Source of the DNA: an archaeon
GTDB lineage: Archaea; Nanobdellota; Nanobdellia; Pacearchaeales; GW2011-AR1
Length of the DNA: 64,000 nucleotides
Assembly (NCBI GenBank): GCA_018651925.1
Contig: JABIDC010000003.1
Location: 12,956-76,955, forward strand
Direction of reading: 5' to 3'
Part shown: positions 46,816 through 56,967 of the stretch, in pieces
How the letters are laid out: the number at the start of each line of letters is the position of its first letter
How positions within the stretch are numbered: the first letter of the stretch is position 1
Position numbers and translations under genes: made by a program
The notes under the pieces: generated by a model
Seen by the model: only the letters and a program-made list of their open reading frames with translations
Databases searched by the model: none
What the model was told of the DNA's origin: nothing

Positions 46816-47094
46816 ATGAACAAAAATACAAAAATAAGTTTAATTGGAGGAATTATTTTAATTGTAAATTTATTGTTAATGTTTTTAGTAAACAATTTAG
46901 GTTTTCAAGAAAGCTTTATTTCAGTTTTTCCGTACTTTGTTTTTCCATCAATTGCATACCTTTTCTTAACTTTTGGATTTATTAACAAACTCAAATGGAA
47001 TCTTGCATTAAAAATAATTAGCACAATTATTATTTCTGCAGTTCTTTTTATTATTTTATGGATTTTAATGATTTATTTGGCCTTTGCTTTTTAA
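46816..47094 (+). CDS. small membrane protein
   Basis: 92 aa, 3 TM segments. Confidence 0.45.
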   Translation: MNKNTKISLIGGIILIVNLLLMFLVNNLGFQESFISVFPYFVFPSIAYLFLTFGFINKLKWNLALKIISTIIISAVLFIILWILMIYLAFAF

Positions 47095-47217
47095 CTAATT
47101 CTTCCCAAAACATTTTGTAGGAATTTTTGTGATAGAATTTAATGATTTTATTTTGCCGCGTAGTTCTCTACATAAAAAATCAAATCTTAAATTTTAACCA
47201 AAAAGAACACAAAATAA

Positions 47218-48660
47218 CTATCGCAAAATTAAATCGTCTCGTGCCGGTCCCGTAGAAACAGCAATAACTTCTGCCCCAGTAAACTTTTCAAAATCATCTA
47301 TAGATTTCTTAAATCCTGTTGGAAGTTTTTTATATTCCTTAACTTTCCTTAAATCCCCATAACCTTTGTAAGTTTTGTAAACAGGCTTTACAGAATACAA
47401 GAAATCTTTATTCTTTGAAAAATCTTTCACCACAGACTTCTGCCCATCTACTTTATATCCAAAACAAAGTTTAAACTCCTCCAATCCGTTCAAACAATCA
47501 GGTTTTGTTAAAACCATTTTAACACCATTTAAATTTCGAGCATATTTTGCAGCAACACAATCAGTCCAACCAGTTCTCCGAGGTCTCTTTGTTGTAGCCC
47601 CATATTCATTTGCAGCCAAACGAATTCCAACACCTTGCTTAAACTCATCCTTAGAATTCATTAATTCAATAATTTTTTTATCTTGTAAATCATATTTAAT
47701 TTCCCCTTCAATAATTTCATAAGAAATTTCATATTTCTTTAATTCAAATTCTTTTTCATGTCCTTCTTCACTACAATATTTCTCAGATTTATTCCCTCCA
47801 AGCTCTGTTGGCAAAGGTCCCCCTCCAACACGAGTCATAAAAGGATACTTAACAATTCCAATAGCCAAATCAATATCTTTAGAATTTAATCCAACCCCGG
47901 TAGCAGTTCCATTCAAAGAACAATCTGAACTTGTAACATAAGGATAACTTCCATGTTCAATACTTAACAACAAACCTTGTGCGCCTTCCAAAAGAATCTT
48001 CTTTTTTGCTTCTCTAAACCGATGCATCTCTGCAACAGTATCTTTTACATAAGACTCAATTTTATCTGCATAAGGCTTTAATCTTTCAACCAAAACATCG
48101 ACATTAAATTTTTCTTCAGGATAATATTCTTGAATCTTTTTTAATTTCTCTTTCAAAATTTTCTCATCATATAAATCTCCAATTTGAATTCCTCTTCTTG
48201 CAATCTTATCCATATAACAAGGACCAATTCCTCGACCAGTAGAACCAATTCCGCCTTTCTTTTGAGATTGATTTTTCTTTAAATCTTGAGAAATATGATA
48301 AGGCATAATCACTTGCGCATCTTGACTAATCATCAAATTCTTGTAAGTCATTCCTTCTGCATCCATTTCAGCCAATTCTTCCAATAAAACTTTCAAATCA
48401 ATAACCATCCCATTTCCAAGGAGACTAATAACTCCTTTTTCATCATGGCCAATTCCAGAAGGCAAAATATGAAAAACTTTTTCTTTCCCATTCAAAATAA
48501 CAGTATGACCTGCATTATTTCCTCCAGTTCCACGAGCAACAACATCAGCCCAATAACAAGAAAAATAATCAGAAAACTTTCCTTTTCCAGTATCTCCCCA
48601 TTGATTACAAATAACAGAAATAATCTTCTTTCCCCGAACTAATTTTTTTAAATTTTCCAT
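47218..48660 (-). CDS. purA: adenylosuccinate synthetase
   Basis: Start at MENLKK. QWGDTGKGKF, GGNNAGHTV, GSTGRGIGPCY and GATTKRPRRTGW motifs. Contains an insert of about 50 aa relative to typical PurA length. Confidence 0.9.
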   Translation of the reverse strand: MENLKKLVRGKKIISVICNQWGDTGKGKFSDYFSCYWADVVARGTGGNNAGHTVILNGKEKVFHILPSGIGHDEKGVISLLGNGMVIDLKVLLEELAEMDAEGMTYKNLMISQDAQVIMPYHISQDLKKNQSQKKGGIGSTGRGIGPCYMDKIARRGIQIGDLYDEKILKEKLKKIQEYYPEEKFNVDVLVERLKPYADKIESYVKDTVAEMHRFREAKKKILLEGAQGLLLSIEHGSYPYVTSSDCSLNGTATGVGLNSKDIDLAIGIVKYPFMTRVGGGPLPTELGGNKSEKYCSEEGHEKEFELKKYEISYEIIEGEIKYDLQDKKIIELMNSKDEFKQGVGIRLAANEYGATTKRPRRTGWTDCVAAKYARNLNGVKMVLTKPDCLNGLEEFKLCFGYKVDGQKSVVKDFSKNKDFLYSVKPVYKTYKGYGDLRKVKEYKKLPTGFKKSIDDFEKFTGAEVIAVSTGPARDDLILR

Positions 48661-48744
48661 TTTGAACAATGATCAAATTTAAAACGACTTTATAAAAATT
48701 AAGGTAATGAAAACAATAATAAAATAGCATTTCCGCTTCATAAC

Positions 48745-48754
48745 CTTTATAAAT
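48745..48754 (+). promoter_or_regulatory. TATA box for tbp
   Basis: CTTTATAAAT is centred about 31 nt upstream of the ATG at 48781. Confidence 0.5.
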
Positions 48755-48780
48755 GAAATTTGCCACCTACTTATAATAAA

Positions 48781-49365
48781 ATGGTAGAAAAAACAAAAGA
48801 AAGCACATATAAAATTCAAAATATTGTTGCAACTACTTCTTTGGAAAAGCCGGTTCCGCTTACAAAATTAGCACGAACTCAACCAAACACAGAATATAAT
48901 CCAGAAACTTTTCCAGGATTAGTATTAAGAATCAAAGAACCAAAATCTGCAGTTCTAGTTTTCTCTTCAGGAAATCTTGTTTGTACTGGAACAAAATCTG
49001 TTGCCCAAGTAAAAAAAGTAATTGAAGCAGTAATTAAACAACTTAAGAAAATTAATGTAAACATCACAATAAAACCAAAAATTACCGTTCAAAATATTGT
49101 AGCTTCTGGATCAATTGATTTGAAACTTAATTTGAATTTCTTGGCATTAGAAATGGAAAACACAGAATATGAGCCAGAACAATTTCCAGGACTTGTTTAC
49201 AAATTAATAGAACCAAACGCAACCTTCTTACTTTTCTCAAATGGAAAACTTGTTTGCACCGGAACAAAAAATAAAGCACAACTTGAAGAATCAATGGTTA
49301 TGCTTTTAGCAAATGTTAAAAGAGCATTGAAAAACTACAAAAAAGCTAAACGTTCTTCAAATTAA
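48781..49365 (+). CDS. tbp: TATA-box-binding protein
   Basis: Start at the ATG (MVEKTKE); the track start at 48760 is a TTG. Two direct TBP repeats: IQNIVAT...FPGLVLRIKEPKSAVLVFSSGNLVCTG and VQNIVAS...FPGLVYKLIEPNATFLLFSNGKLVCTG. Confidence 0.95.
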   Translation: MVEKTKESTYKIQNIVATTSLEKPVPLTKLARTQPNTEYNPETFPGLVLRIKEPKSAVLVFSSGNLVCTGTKSVAQVKKVIEAVIKQLKKINVNITIKPKITVQNIVASGSIDLKLNLNFLALEMENTEYEPEQFPGLVYKLIEPNATFLLFSNGKLVCTGTKNKAQLEESMVMLLANVKRALKNYKKAKRSSN

Positions 49366-49383
49366 ATTTTTCCAGATTTAAAT

Positions 49384-51285
49384 TTATTCAAATCTAACCT
49401 TCCTAAATCCTCGAATATTTTTTATTCTTTTTACTAACTTTACAACTTCATTAAGTTTTCTTGGAACAATAACAAATGAACACTCCACAAACTCCTCATC
49501 AAGACCCTTAATTGTTGCATCATTTACAATAAATCCTCCATGAATTATTGTATTCAAAAAATCTTTCAAAACTCCTGATCTTTCTTTAGCTTCAACAAAT
49601 ATTTTAATCGGCCGACTAAATTCTTCCTTCCAAGAAACAGGGATGATTTTATCTTTTACTTTTGAAACATAATTACAATCTGTTTTATGAACTAAAACTC
49701 TTTTTTGTGATTTAATAACTCCGACAATTTCTTCCACAGGCATTGGAGAACAACATTTGGCCAAACTAAATTCATAATGATTAAAATCCCTAGAGTAAAC
49801 CAAAGAATCAAAAGAAAGCTTTTCTTTTGAAGAAATAACATAATTTTTATTGATTTCAATATTATCTCTTTTCTTAATTGCTTTCTTAATAAAAGTTTTA
49901 GCTCTTGAAGAAACAACAAATTTTATCCAATGCCTTCTAGGAACTTGTAACTTATTTGTTAAAACCACAACAACATCTCCAGATTTTAATTTCTTCTTCA
50001 ATGGAACAAAAGAACCATTAATCCTTCCAGCAACCGCTTTATTCCCAACTTCTTGATGAACATAATATGCAAAGTCTAAAACAGTAGAACCCTCCGGAAG
50101 TTCAATTGCTTTTCCCTTAGGAGTATAACAATAAACCTTTTCCCCAAAAATACTTTTTTTAATTGAACCCAATAAATCTCGATCTTCACCTTTTAATTCC
50201 ATTACTGAACGAAGCCAAGAAACCTTCTTCTCAAAACCTAAATCAGATTTCATATTTTTATAAGACCAATGAGCAGCACTACCTTCTTCTGCTTCTTCAT
50301 CCATTCTCTTTGTTCGAATTTGAACTTCAATTTTTTTTGAATCTACAATCAAAATCGTATGCAAAGATTGATATCCATTTGATTTTGGATTAGCAATATA
50401 ATCTTTCAAAAGACCCTGCATTGATTCATATTTTTCATGTAAAATTCCCAAAACATCATAACAATCTTTTTCAGAATTCACAATAATTCTCATTGCAAAA
50501 TGATCCCGATGTAAATCCAAAGGAATTTTTCTTTCAGTAATTTTTTTATAAATACTATAAATTGATTTTTCACGACCCTTGATTTTTACAATTTTCTTTT
50601 TATCTAAACTTCTTCGAATTTCTTGGATAAATAAATCAATAAAATCTTTTCTTTCTTTTTTCGTAGCATCTAAAAATTTTGCAATCTCAAAGTATTTTTT
50701 ATTGTTTAAAATTTTCAAGGAAATATCTTCCAAATTTCTTTTTATTTGTTCTAATCCCAATCTATTTGCTAAAGGAGCATAAATCTCCAGAGATTCATTA
50801 GCAATCCTTTTTTGTTCTCGAATTCCAAAAACAGAAACATCTTTCAAATTCTCTAACTTGTCTGCAAGCTTAACAAAAATAATTCTTGGATCACTCAAAG
50901 TAACAAATAAAACTTTTCTCAATAATTCAGATTCCAAATCTTTATGTTTCGCTTTAATCTCTCTCAATTGTAATTGTCCAAAAACAAGCTCTGAAACAGA
51001 ACCTCCAAATTTCTTCTTTAAATCAGTAATTAAAATATCTTCTTCAACCCCATGTAAAAGCCCAGCCAAAATAACTTCAGAAGATAAATGATTCTCAGCC
51101 AAAATCGCCCCTACTTTCAAATTATGGACAATCAATAACTCCCCATTCAATCTTTTTTCATCAATAAAAACCTCTTCAATAAAAGAGATTGCTTCTTTAA
51201 ATTTAGAAAGCTGTTTTTTTGAATATTTTTCTTTACATAAATCAAAAAATTTATCTTTATATTCCATTAATAATCCAAAAATCAT
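49384..51285 (-). CDS. RelA/SpoT homologue (long RSH: HD-like, synthetase, TGS, Cys-rich, ACT-like domains)
   Basis: Synthetase motifs GREKSIYSIYKK, DHFAMRII, NGYQSLHT, EVQIRT and AAHWSYK. TGS VYCYTPKGKAIELPEGSTVLDFAY. Cys motif CCSPMP...VHKTDC. The HD region reads LLHGVEED and KLADKLENL (HD dyad not intact). Confidence 0.85.
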   Translation of the reverse strand: MIFGLLMEYKDKFFDLCKEKYSKKQLSKFKEAISFIEEVFIDEKRLNGELLIVHNLKVGAILAENHLSSEVILAGLLHGVEEDILITDLKKKFGGSVSELVFGQLQLREIKAKHKDLESELLRKVLFVTLSDPRIIFVKLADKLENLKDVSVFGIREQKRIANESLEIYAPLANRLGLEQIKRNLEDISLKILNNKKYFEIAKFLDATKKERKDFIDLFIQEIRRSLDKKKIVKIKGREKSIYSIYKKITERKIPLDLHRDHFAMRIIVNSEKDCYDVLGILHEKYESMQGLLKDYIANPKSNGYQSLHTILIVDSKKIEVQIRTKRMDEEAEEGSAAHWSYKNMKSDLGFEKKVSWLRSVMELKGEDRDLLGSIKKSIFGEKVYCYTPKGKAIELPEGSTVLDFAYYVHQEVGNKAVAGRINGSFVPLKKKLKSGDVVVVLTNKLQVPRRHWIKFVVSSRAKTFIKKAIKKRDNIEINKNYVISSKEKLSFDSLVYSRDFNHYEFSLAKCCSPMPVEEIVGVIKSQKRVLVHKTDCNYVSKVKDKIIPVSWKEEFSRPIKIFVEAKERSGVLKDFLNTIIHGGFIVNDATIKGLDEEFVECSFVIVPRKLNEVVKLVKRIKNIRGFRKVRFE

Positions 51286-51349
51286 ATCTTTAAGAAACTA
51301 TTTAATAATTTACACAAATGATTAAAAAGTAAGACTACGAAAAATTTAC

Positions 51350-53440
51350 ATGGGAGATCTAGATTTTACAGAAAACTTAAAACCTGCGGAAGACGATTTG
51401 CCAGAAGGAGAAGAAAATCAAACAAATGAATATTCTTCTGCAAAAGAAAGCCTCTTAATTGAAGCAAAAAACTTCTTTGATTCATACAAAAAAGAAATTG
51501 GAGCAAATTTACGTGAAGCTTCAAATGTAATTTTTATTGATTTTGAAAAAATTTCAGAATTTTCAACCACCTTATCTGACCAAATATTAGTCGAACCAGA
51601 AGATAGTTTGAGAGTCTTAGAACAAGCAATTGAAGAATCAGGTCTTGCTGAAAAAGTAAGGGTACGATTGCATAATTTACCTAAAAGTCAAGAACAAAAA
51701 ATAAGAAATATTCGTGCCAAACATTTAGATCAATTAATTGTAATTGAAGGAATTATTCGGCAAGCATCAGATGTAAGGCCCCAAGTAATAAATGCAAAAT
51801 TTGAATGCCCAAGTTGTGGGACAGTTATTTCTGTATTACAATTAGAAAAAAAATTCAGAGAACCCACAAGATGTTCTTGTGGAAGAAGAGGAAGTTTCAA
51901 ATTAATTTCTAAAGAAATGCTTGATACTCAAAGATTAGTAATCGAAGAATCCCCAGAAAATTTAACTGGAGGAGAACAACCAAAAAGATTAAACACCTTT
52001 GTAAAGGAAGATTTAGTTGAACCAAAAATGGAAGAACGAACAACTCCAGGAAGCAAAATAAAAATTGTGGGAGTTCTAAAAGAAGTTCCAGTTCCACTTG
52101 CAACAGGAGGATTATCCACAAGATTTGAATTAGCAGTGGAAGTAAATAGTTTAACAGCTTTGGAAGAAACATTTGAAGAATTAAATATTTCCGAAGAAGA
52201 TGAACGAGAAATTTTAGAATTAGGAGAAGATCCAGATATTTTCAACAAATTGTCCAAAAGTATAGCTCCAAGTGTGTGGGGATTTGAAGAAATTAAACAT
52301 TCATTAGTCTTGCAATTATTCGGAGGGGTTCAAAAAGCAAGACCAAATGGGGCAAAAAATAGGGGGGATATCCACATACTTTTAATTGGAGATCCCGGAG
52401 TTGCAAAATCAGTAACATTGGGATTTATGGCAGATATTTCTCCAAAAGGAAGATATGTTGTAGGTAAATCCGCATCCGGAGCAGGACTAACTGCAACTGT
52501 TGTAAGGGACGAATATCTAAAAGGATGGGCATTAGAAGCAGGAGCAATGGTTTTAGCAAATAAAGGGTTAGTTTGTATTGATGAGTTAGAAAAAATGGAC
52601 CCCCAAGATAGATCCGCAATGCACGAAGCAATGGAACAGCAAACAGTTACAATTTCCAAAGCAAATGTTCAAGCAACACTAAAAGCAGAAACATCTGTGC
52701 TTGCAGCAGCAAATCCAAAATTCGGAAGATTCGATCCTTACCAATCAATTGCTCAACAAATCGATTTACCCCCAACTTTAATTAATCGTTTTGACATCAT
52801 CTTTACCTTAAGAGATATTCCAAATAGAGAAAACGATACCAAAATCGCAGATCACGTTTTAATGGAACATCAAAAAGATGGACAAGAAATGCATATTGAA
52901 AGAGATTTATTTAGAAAATATATTGCATATGCAAAACAAAAGATTAAACCAGCATTAACTCCTCATGCTGCAGAAGAATTAAAAAAATTCTATGTAGATT
53001 TAAGAAACAAGCCAGTTGCTTCAGAAAGTGCAATGAGGCCAATTCCAATTTCAGCAAGACAGCTTCAAGCATTAGTACGGTTAGCTGAAGCAGCCGCAAA
53101 ATTAAGACTTGCCAAAACAGTAGAAATTCCAGACACAAAAATTGCAATTGATTTAATGAAATACTATCTTATGCAAGTGGGATATGACTATGAATCAAAA
53201 ACATTTGACATAGATAAGGCAACCGCAAAAATGACAAACTCTCAAAGAGGAAAAGTCTTTTTGGTTAGAGATACTATTACTTCATTAGAAGAAAAAATTG
53301 GAAAATTAATTCCTGTAGAAGAAATTGAAAAAGAACTTAATGGAGAATTGACAAAAGATGAAATAACTGACGCTATATCCAAATTAGCAAGCCAGGGAGA
53401 AATCTTTAAACCAAAACGTGGGCATGTTGAGAAAGTTTAA
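51350..53440 (+). CDS. mcm: MCM replicative helicase
   Basis: 696 aa. Zn finger CPSCG...CSCG, Walker A LLIGDPGVAKS, Walker B VCIDELEKM, arginine finger SRFD-type (INRFDIIF), and a C-terminal winged helix. Confidence 0.95.
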   Translation: MGDLDFTENLKPAEDDLPEGEENQTNEYSSAKESLLIEAKNFFDSYKKEIGANLREASNVIFIDFEKISEFSTTLSDQILVEPEDSLRVLEQAIEESGLAEKVRVRLHNLPKSQEQKIRNIRAKHLDQLIVIEGIIRQASDVRPQVINAKFECPSCGTVISVLQLEKKFREPTRCSCGRRGSFKLISKEMLDTQRLVIEESPENLTGGEQPKRLNTFVKEDLVEPKMEERTTPGSKIKIVGVLKEVPVPLATGGLSTRFELAVEVNSLTALEETFEELNISEEDEREILELGEDPDIFNKLSKSIAPSVWGFEEIKHSLVLQLFGGVQKARPNGAKNRGDIHILLIGDPGVAKSVTLGFMADISPKGRYVVGKSASGAGLTATVVRDEYLKGWALEAGAMVLANKGLVCIDELEKMDPQDRSAMHEAMEQQTVTISKANVQATLKAETSVLAAANPKFGRFDPYQSIAQQIDLPPTLINRFDIIFTLRDIPNRENDTKIADHVLMEHQKDGQEMHIERDLFRKYIAYAKQKIKPALTPHAAEELKKFYVDLRNKPVASESAMRPIPISARQLQALVRLAEAAAKLRLAKTVEIPDTKIAIDLMKYYLMQVGYDYESKTFDIDKATAKMTNSQRGKVFLVRDTITSLEEKIGKLIPVEEIEKELNGELTKDEITDAISKLASQGEIFKPKRGHVEKV

Positions 53441-53495
53441 GAACTACTCAAAAATCCATATAAATCTTTAAAAACTATAACTAATTTTTCTACCC

Positions 53496-54128
53496 ATGCC
53501 AGAAGAAAATCAATACAAAAGAAATATTGCATTCAAACTAAGAATAGGAGATTTGTTGATAGCTAAACCAATTTTTGATCAAGAAAAATACAAATATTCT
53601 GAACTAGGGGGCAAAAATGTCTCAAGAGTAAATGTTGTTGGAAATATTGTCGAAAGATACGATAGTGAAGGAGAGAAAAAATATTCATTTCTAAAACTTG
53701 ATGATGGTTCTGGACAAATTAGCTTAAAAATATTTGGAGAAGACGTAGATAAATTCAAATCAATTGGGCAAGGATTAACCGTTACTGTAATTGGATTTTT
53801 AAGGAATTGGAATAATGAAACTTACATTACTCCAGAAATAATTAAAGAACAAGATCCAAAATATTTATTAATTAGAAAACTCGAAACAGAAAAAGAAAGA
53901 AATAACGAAGCAGCACCAATTGAAAACAAAGCAGAATTCGTAGCAATAAAAGATAAGATTCTCGGAACAATTAAAGCTGCCGAAGAAGAAGGTGGAATTG
54001 AAATGGATCAGATTATCATGAACCTCAGAGATATTGATACTGAAATCATTAACCAAGAAGTTCAAAAATTACTTGAAGAAGGAATTGTCTTCGAACCTAG
54101 GCCTGGAAAAGTTAGATATTTAGGTTAA
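53496..54128 (+). CDS. OB-fold plus winged-helix protein (RPA32/RPA2-like single-strand DNA-binding candidate)
   Basis: OB segment RVNVVGNIVE...FLKLDDGSGQISLKIFGED...VTVIGFLR, then C-terminal wH IMNLRDIDTEIINQEVQKLLEEGIVFEPRPGKVRYL. Lies directly downstream of mcm. Confidence 0.5.
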   Translation: MPEENQYKRNIAFKLRIGDLLIAKPIFDQEKYKYSELGGKNVSRVNVVGNIVERYDSEGEKKYSFLKLDDGSGQISLKIFGEDVDKFKSIGQGLTVTVIGFLRNWNNETYITPEIIKEQDPKYLLIRKLETEKERNNEAAPIENKAEFVAIKDKILGTIKAAEEEGGIEMDQIIMNLRDIDTEIINQEVQKLLEEGIVFEPRPGKVRYLG

Positions 54129-54204
54129 TCCAATATAATCTTTTAATTATATATTTTACAACATATACATTCTAATACATCTTTTACAAAAAATAATTCT
54201 AATA

Positions 54205-54747
54205 TTATTGACTTTGCACATGATCTGCTTTTCTAAACCAAAAAGCCAAAAAAATCAAAAATCCTAAACCTACAAGAGAAATTAAAAACCGAACCCAATC
54301 TTCTCCTTGAGACCAATAACTCATTCCAGAATAAAAAAGAGTAATTACTCCTCCCCCAAGAATTCCAGAACCAATTGCTTTTATTTTGAAAAAATACATT
54401 CCTAGAGAAACAAAAATTAAACCGAGGATTAATGTAATTATAAAAATATTTCTTGAATAAACTTTCCTTGCAGCACTATATTCTTCACTACAAGTAGGAT
54501 CATTTTTACAATCTCCGCTTTCAAAAGGAACTTCTACCCCATTAACAAGTTTTGAAGTTGGACCATACTCATTAATGCTCCAAGTTCCCCCATTATCCAC
54601 ACATTCTACTTCTGTATGAAAATTATAAACTGAAGGGCAAAAGTCACTATACTCAGGATTAGAATAAAAAGCACCTATTCCAGAGATTACCACAAAAATT
54701 GTCATAATCGCAATAGCAAGTCCAAGAGCACCATCTTTAAAATCCAT
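54205..54747 (-). CDS. membrane protein with Cys-containing extracytoplasmic domain
   Basis: Start moved to MDFKDGALG (CAT at 54745-54747) to remove overlap with the aIF2-beta gene. One N-terminal and three C-terminal TM segments. Confidence 0.5.
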   Translation of the reverse strand: MDFKDGALGLAIAIMTIFVVISGIGAFYSNPEYSDFCPSVYNFHTEVECVDNGGTWSINEYGPTSKLVNGVEVPFESGDCKNDPTCSEEYSAARKVYSRNIFIITLILGLIFVSLGMYFFKIKAIGSGILGGGVITLFYSGMSYWSQGEDWVRFLISLVGLGFLIFLAFWFRKADHVQSQ

Positions 54748-54797
54748 AAAAAAGTTAACAATATAAAATTTATAAACCTTCGGATTTACTAAATTAT

Positions 54798-55205
54798 ATG
54801 AGTTACGAAGAATTATTAAAAAAAGCTTACAAAGAAGTAAAAAAAGTAGAAGGAACTGGAGAAAGATTTGAAATCCCAAAAATTAAAGGACACTTCGAAG
54901 GGAAAAAAACAATCCTTACAAACTTTTTTCAAATAGCAACCCACTTAAGAAGAAAACCAGAACAATTTTTAAAATTCTTGTTAAAAGAACTTGCAACTTC
55001 AGGACACATAGATAAAGAAAGAGTCGTGTTAAATAATAAAGTTCCTAGCATTAAAATTAATTCTAAGGTCGAACAATATGCAAAAGAATTTGTTATCTGT
55101 AAAGAATGTGGAAAACCGGATACAGCAATAGAAAAAGAAGACAGATTAAATTTTCTACATTGTCTTGCCTGCGGGGCAAAACATCCAATTAGAGGAAAAA
55201 TTTAA
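54798..55205 (+). CDS. translation initiation factor aIF2 beta subunit
   Basis: 135 aa. MSYEELLKKAY, RFEIPK and a C-terminal zinc ribbon CKECGKPDT...CLACGA. Confidence 0.9.
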   Translation: MSYEELLKKAYKEVKKVEGTGERFEIPKIKGHFEGKKTILTNFFQIATHLRRKPEQFLKFLLKELATSGHIDKERVVLNNKVPSIKINSKVEQYAKEFVICKECGKPDTAIEKEDRLNFLHCLACGAKHPIRGKI

Positions 55206-55288
55206 CTTTCCAAATCTTTATAAAAAGAAACTTCATACTAATTTTAGAGATTCAATGAATCTATAATTAAATCAAAGGAGGATAAAAT

Positions 55289-55498
55289 ATGGTAACAGGA
55301 TATTGTGTTAAATGCGGAAGACAAGATAAAGAGTCTGGGAAGAATAAAGAAATGAAAGATCCCGAGATTCATCAAACTGCAAGAGGCGGATATATGGCAA
55401 AAGGAACATGCCCAGCTTGTGGGACAAAGATGTGTGCTATGATGTCTAAAGACAACGCAGAAAAAGCAATTACAGAAGGAGTTAAGAAAGCCTTCTAA
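55289..55498 (+). CDS. small zinc-ribbon protein (DUF5679-like)
   Basis: 69 aa. CVKCGR...CPACGTK. Strong GGAGG 7 nt upstream. The family name is recalled from memory. Confidence 0.6.
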   Translation: MVTGYCVKCGRQDKESGKNKEMKDPEIHQTARGGYMAKGTCPACGTKMCAMMSKDNAEKAITEGVKKAF

Positions 55499-55510
55499 GA
55501 TTGCAAATTG

Positions 55511-55540
55511 GCCCAGAAAGGGCTTTTTATTTTTTTTATT
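55511..55540 (+). terminator. hairpin plus long T-tract
   Basis: GCCC-agaaa-GGGC followed by TTTTTATTTTTTTTATTTT. Confidence 0.55.
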
Positions 55541-55619
55541 TTAATTATTGAAATTGTTTCAAGGATTAATCCAGAGATTTTAAAAAAATCTCTGAGTTTA
55601 AAATTTTTAAGGAGAAAAG

Positions 55620-55916
55620 ATGTTTGTAAATATAATAAGAACTTATCGGGATGTAGTTGCAATATGCGACAAAGAACTAATTGGAAAAAAATTTTACGAA
55701 GGAAAATTTCAATTAGATGTAAAAGAAAACTTCTACAAAGGAGAAGAAATGAATGAAGAAAAAACTATTCAAATTCTAAAAAATATGAAGAGAGAAGATG
55801 CGACCTTCAACATTGTTGGGGAAAAGTCAATTAATGCTGCAATTAAAGCAGAAGTAATCAACGAAAATGCTATTGGAAAAATAGAAAACATTCCATTTTC
55901 ATTAGTTTTAATCTAA
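55620..55916 (+). CDS. DUF424-like archaeal protein
   Basis: 98 aa. VVAICDKELIGKKF pattern. GGAG 6-8 nt upstream of the start. Confidence 0.55.
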   Translation: MFVNIIRTYRDVVAICDKELIGKKFYEGKFQLDVKENFYKGEEMNEEKTIQILKNMKREDATFNIVGEKSINAAIKAEVINENAIGKIENIPFSLVLI

Positions 55917-55954
55917 ATCATCAACTTTATAAGTTGAAATCACAAATAATTATT

Positions 55955-56296
55955 ATGGCTAAAAGTTATAAGAAACAAGAAGAAGAGGAAAGGGAAGCAA
56001 ACACTGGGAAAAAAGTTAGAGTAAGACTTCCCAGAGGAAAAGAAGTAATAGGGACTATTGAAAACAGACATGGAGGAAACAAAATGAACGTTGCCTGCTT
56101 AGATGGAAAAGAAAGAAACTGCCGAGTCCCAGGAAGATTAAAAAGAGCCCTATGGCTTAGACCAAATGATGTAGTAATCATTGAACCTTGGGAACTTGAT
56201 GACACAAAAGGAGACGTTCTATACAAGTATCGCCCAAACCAAATTAGTTGGCTTAGAAAAGAAGGATATTTGGAAACAGAAAGTAATGAATTCTAG
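55955..56296 (+). CDS. eif1a: translation initiation factor aIF1A
   Basis: Start at MAKSYKK (ATG 55955). S1-like OB: VRLPRGKEVIGTIENRHGGNKMNVACLDGKERNCRVPGRLKRALWLRPNDVVIIEPWE. Confidence 0.9.
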   Translation: MAKSYKKQEEEEREANTGKKVRVRLPRGKEVIGTIENRHGGNKMNVACLDGKERNCRVPGRLKRALWLRPNDVVIIEPWELDDTKGDVLYKYRPNQISWLRKEGYLETESNEF

Positions 56297-56356
56297 TTCT
56301 ATCTTAAAAATTGTTTTCCCCAAAATCTTTATAATAAAAATAAATCTTAATTTAAT

Positions 56357-56854
56357 ATGATAAAAATACTCTCAGAACAAATTGGAAGAATCATTAAATC
56401 AAAAAAACGGCTAGAAGAAACTCTAAACCTTAAAATTACAAATAGAGGAAAAGAAGTTTCAATTGTTGGGAGTCCAGAAGATGAATATATCGGACAAAAA
56501 GTAATTGATGCCATAAATTTTGGATTTTTAACTTCCACGGCATTATTAATTAAAACAGAAGAAAACGTATTTGAAATTCTAGATATTAAAAATTACACAA
56601 AAAGAAAGGATATGAAAACAATAAGAGGAAGACTTATCGGAACAGGAGGAAGAACTCTTAAAACACTTACCGATTTGTCTAATTCTCATGTAGAGCTAAA
56701 AGACAACCAACTTGGAATTATTGCGCCTGCAGAAAACATTGAAGCAATTCAAAACGGAATAATCTTAATTATTCAAGGATCAAAACAAACAAATATTTAT
56801 TCCTTCTTAGAAAAAAATAGACCCAAGCCAGTTGAAGATTTAGGATTAAAATAA
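56357..56854 (+). CDS. KH-domain RNA-binding protein (Dim2/Pno1-like)
   Basis: 165 aa. Two KH-like modules (IGRIIKSKK; RLIGTGGRTLKTL). The position next to aIF1A is typical in archaea. Confidence 0.7.
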   Translation: MIKILSEQIGRIIKSKKRLEETLNLKITNRGKEVSIVGSPEDEYIGQKVIDAINFGFLTSTALLIKTEENVFEILDIKNYTKRKDMKTIRGRLIGTGGRTLKTLTDLSNSHVELKDNQLGIIAPAENIEAIQNGIILIIQGSKQTNIYSFLEKNRPKPVEDLGLK

Positions 56855-56899
56855 TTAATTAACAAGTTTTTTAAATGAAAAATTTCTATGTAAAGTTAT

Positions 56900-56921
56900 G
56901 ACCTAATAGCTCAGTTGGTTA
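56900..56921 (+). repeat. orphan copy of the 5' 22 nt of tRNA-Asn
   Basis: GACCTAATAGCTCAGTTGGTTA versus GACCCGATAGCTCAGTTGGTTA at 56968-56989 (20 of 22 match). Confidence 0.8.
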
Positions 56922-56967
56922 TTATCCACAGAATTTTAACTATCTTCGCTCAAAAGTCAAAACAAAA

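Noticed and set aside
55508-55756. 82-aa ORF spanning the terminator hairpin and the start of the DUF424-like gene
   Set aside because: It starts inside a hairpin/T-tract and has an Arg/Lys/Ile-rich composition. It overlaps a better-supported ORF that has its own GGAG ribosome-binding site.
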